Below are positions 62,484 through 64,000 of a stretch of 64,000 bases of DNA, piece after piece. Each line of letters begins with the position of its first letter. Within the stretch, counting starts at the first letter, position 1. The notes below the pieces were generated by a model. The model worked only from the letters and a program-made list of their open reading frames with translations. It searched no databases and was not told the origin of the DNA. Made by a program: the position numbers and the translations under genes. Source of the DNA: a virus (lineage: Duplodnaviria; Caudoviricetes); the IMG/VR virus record IMGVR_UViG_3300021979_000004, positions 153,983-217,982 of that record; one strand, 5' to 3'.

Positions 62484-62900
62484 ATGAAAGCTAAAGATTT
62501 GGAAGAAAAGAAGCTTGTCTTTGGGCCAATGACCTACATCTATTGGGAATATAAAGACTTAATTATAACAGCTTTTAATAATACATCATTGACATTCCAC
62601 CTATCGAATAACGGTGGCATGGATGGTATTATCTTTCCAAAACTAACTAACATAGATGTATCTGAAGTAATCGATGGTGTAAAAATGGTCATAGACCTTA
62701 TGGATCAATCTGCACAAACCTATCAAGGTGCACAATCTGAATTCATGGGTTTCTTCTTATTACAAATGCACTACGGCGAGAATCCTGTTGAGAAAATAGA
62801 AAACCTTTCATCAAGGAACATAACCGTTGAACATATAGGTGAAACCAAAACTGCCGGTATAAGCTTTTACAAATATCAAATACAAATAAGGAAGGGTTAA
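62484..62900 (+). CDS. Hypothetical late protein (MKAKDLEE leader)
   Basis: Late promoter upstream, terminator downstream. Confidence 0.6.
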   Translation: MKAKDLEEKKLVFGPMTYIYWEYKDLIITAFNNTSLTFHLSNNGGMDGIIFPKLTNIDVSEVIDGVKMVIDLMDQSAQTYQGAQSEFMGFFLLQMHYGENPVEKIENLSSRNITVEHIGETKTAGISFYKYQIQIRKG

Positions 62901-62915
62901 CCCTTCCTTATTTGT
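62882..62915. terminator. Bidirectional terminator
   Basis: 15-bp inverted repeat ACAAATAAGGAAGGG-TTAA-CCCTTCCTTATTTGT between convergent genes. Confidence 0.8.
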
Positions 62916-62935
62916 TTAGCCTTTAGCTAATGCTA

Positions 62936-63565
62936 TTAGGCTTCTTCGCTTTCCTTCAGAGCTTTCAGTTGACGGTCATACTTCATGATACGTGCACGAC
63001 CATCTTTCTGAGTCGGTTGCAGCCAGTAGTTGACCTGCTCTACAGTAACTGCTTCGTCTTCCAGAATGCGTTCTGCATCAGTAGTACCACGCAGGGCATC
63101 GTACTTGGTAAAGCCACGACCGTTCTGGTGACGACTATCACGAGTCTGCTTTTCATCCTCAACCTGCTCGTTGTACAGGTGAATCAGTGCGTCAGCAATA
63201 AACTCACAGCGCTCTTCAAAAGTTTTGGATGCCATAGTACGAACAAACTCACGGTTACGACGTACTGATTCTTTCTCACGCGGCTGCTCGTCGCTCTTTA
63301 CGTAGACAGCCATCGGACGACCACGCTTACCAGATGACACCTGATCTACTTTCTTGATCAGACCGTCACGCTCAAGGGCATTCAGGCGGTTACGTACAGT
63401 AACCTTGGACTGCTTGGCTACACGACGTACATCAGCGGCAGTGAACTGGCCTTGATGTTGTTCCAGAAACTTCTCAACGGCGCGTTTGGTGCTACGTGCA
63501 CGTTTGGTCAGCGGACGACCTACAGACTTTGTTACTTGTGCTTGAGTAGTGGTTGCGTTAGTCAT
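62936..63565 (-). CDS. Winged-helix DNA-binding protein fused to a conserved phage domain (start MTNATT)
   Basis: FTAADV...SKVTVRNRLNALERDGLI...GKRGRP...Y; C-terminal ALI.LYNEQ..DE...HQNGRGF..YD; AAGAGG RBS. Confidence 0.7.
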   Translation of the reverse strand: MTNATTTQAQVTKSVGRPLTKRARSTKRAVEKFLEQHQGQFTAADVRRVAKQSKVTVRNRLNALERDGLIKKVDQVSSGKRGRPMAVYVKSDEQPREKESVRRNREFVRTMASKTFEERCEFIADALIHLYNEQVEDEKQTRDSRHQNGRGFTKYDALRGTTDAERILEDEAVTVEQVNYWLQPTQKDGRARIMKYDRQLKALKESEEA

Positions 63566-63622
63566 AATGTAATTCCTCTTTTGGTTTGGTTGTTGAGGTC
63601 TGTTCCTCAACCTTATGTAACC

Positions 63623-63651
63623 ATTATAGGTGATCTAAATTATGATTGCAA
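63623..63651 (-). promoter_or_regulatory. Strong sigma70-like early promoter
   Basis: TTGCAA-17-TATAAT. Confidence 0.75.
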
Positions 63652-63670
63652 TACCTTTTTGATAATTTTT

Positions 63671-64000
63671 TCAGTCTTCGTCAAAAAATTTAAAAAGTTT
63701 GTCTTTCGGTTTGTAGTCTTGGTTAGTCATTGTTTTCATTAACTGACCGATTCTAGTATTACCTACTAGTTCTTGCGGTGATATGGTTTCGTCATTCATA
63801 TCATATCCGAGACGCGGTATGTGATAATTACCTTCATCATCTTCATAATTATCAACTAGTGAATCCTGCAAAGCTTGATACTCTTTTTTGGCTTTACGCG
63901 AAGGATCGTTGATATTGTAGATAATAAAGTTTTTAAAGGGTAGTCGAAGGGCTTCAAAGAAAAGCATCTTTAGTTCTTCAGCAGTCGCACTCATACCCAA
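63671..64000 (-). CDS. Hypothetical protein, 5'-truncated by the window edge
   Basis: ORF open to the end of the window. Confidence 0.45.
   Translation of the reverse strand: MGMSATAEELKMLFFEALRLPFKNFIIYNINDPSRKAKKEYQALQDSLVDNYEDDEGNYHIPRLGYDMNDETISPQELVGNTRIGQLMKTMTNQDYKPKDKLFKFFDED

Noticed and set aside
1-64000. tRNA, rRNA or CRISPR array
   Set aside because: Intergenic gaps are short and occupied by promoters, terminators or small ORFs; no cloverleaf or repeat-spacer pattern was seen by eye (tRNAscan-SE/ARAGORN not run).
1-64000. Stop-codon reassignment (alternative genetic code) as in some large phages
   Set aside because: Recognisable genes (Rnl1, Rnl2, DHFR, RpoH) are full length under the standard code, and TAA, TAG and TGA all end genes at tight operon junctions.

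Overview
AT-rich, gene-dense segment of a large lytic tailed phage genome, most likely a T4-related jumbo myophage. The evidence is recurrent T4-type late promoters (NATAAATA), a gp44-like clamp loader, a GroES-like co-chaperonin, Rnl1 and Rnl2 RNA ligases and DHFR. An RpoH-like sigma factor points to a proteobacterial, probably gammaproteobacterial, host. No tRNA, rRNA or CRISPR array was seen. All family calls come from recognising motifs by eye; no database search was run. Highlights: (1) A fractured clamp-loader gene at 55990-58954. The AAA+ subunit is cut at its Walker A (GPPGTGK|T) by an atypically split intein (31-aa IntN, 131-aa IntC). A free-standing Vsr-like homing endonuclease lies between the two halves, and its RBS is locked in a 17-bp hairpin with a late promoter in the loop. 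(2) About 11 late-expressed proteins share an N-terminal leader ending in L-x-E, a T4 prohead-protease-type site. They carry enzyme folds (2 zincins, 4 ADP-ribosyltransferase-like, 3 paralogous amidoligases, 1 PcfJ-like) and are probably capsid-packaged effectors. (3) An Ig-domain locus at 30080-33273 appears to split beta-strands of single Ig domains across separate genes. (4) Host-derived or host-modulating genes: RpoH, YggL, PspC, a PagP-like barrel, an HslV-like protein, a DnaE fragment and an RNA-repair kit.
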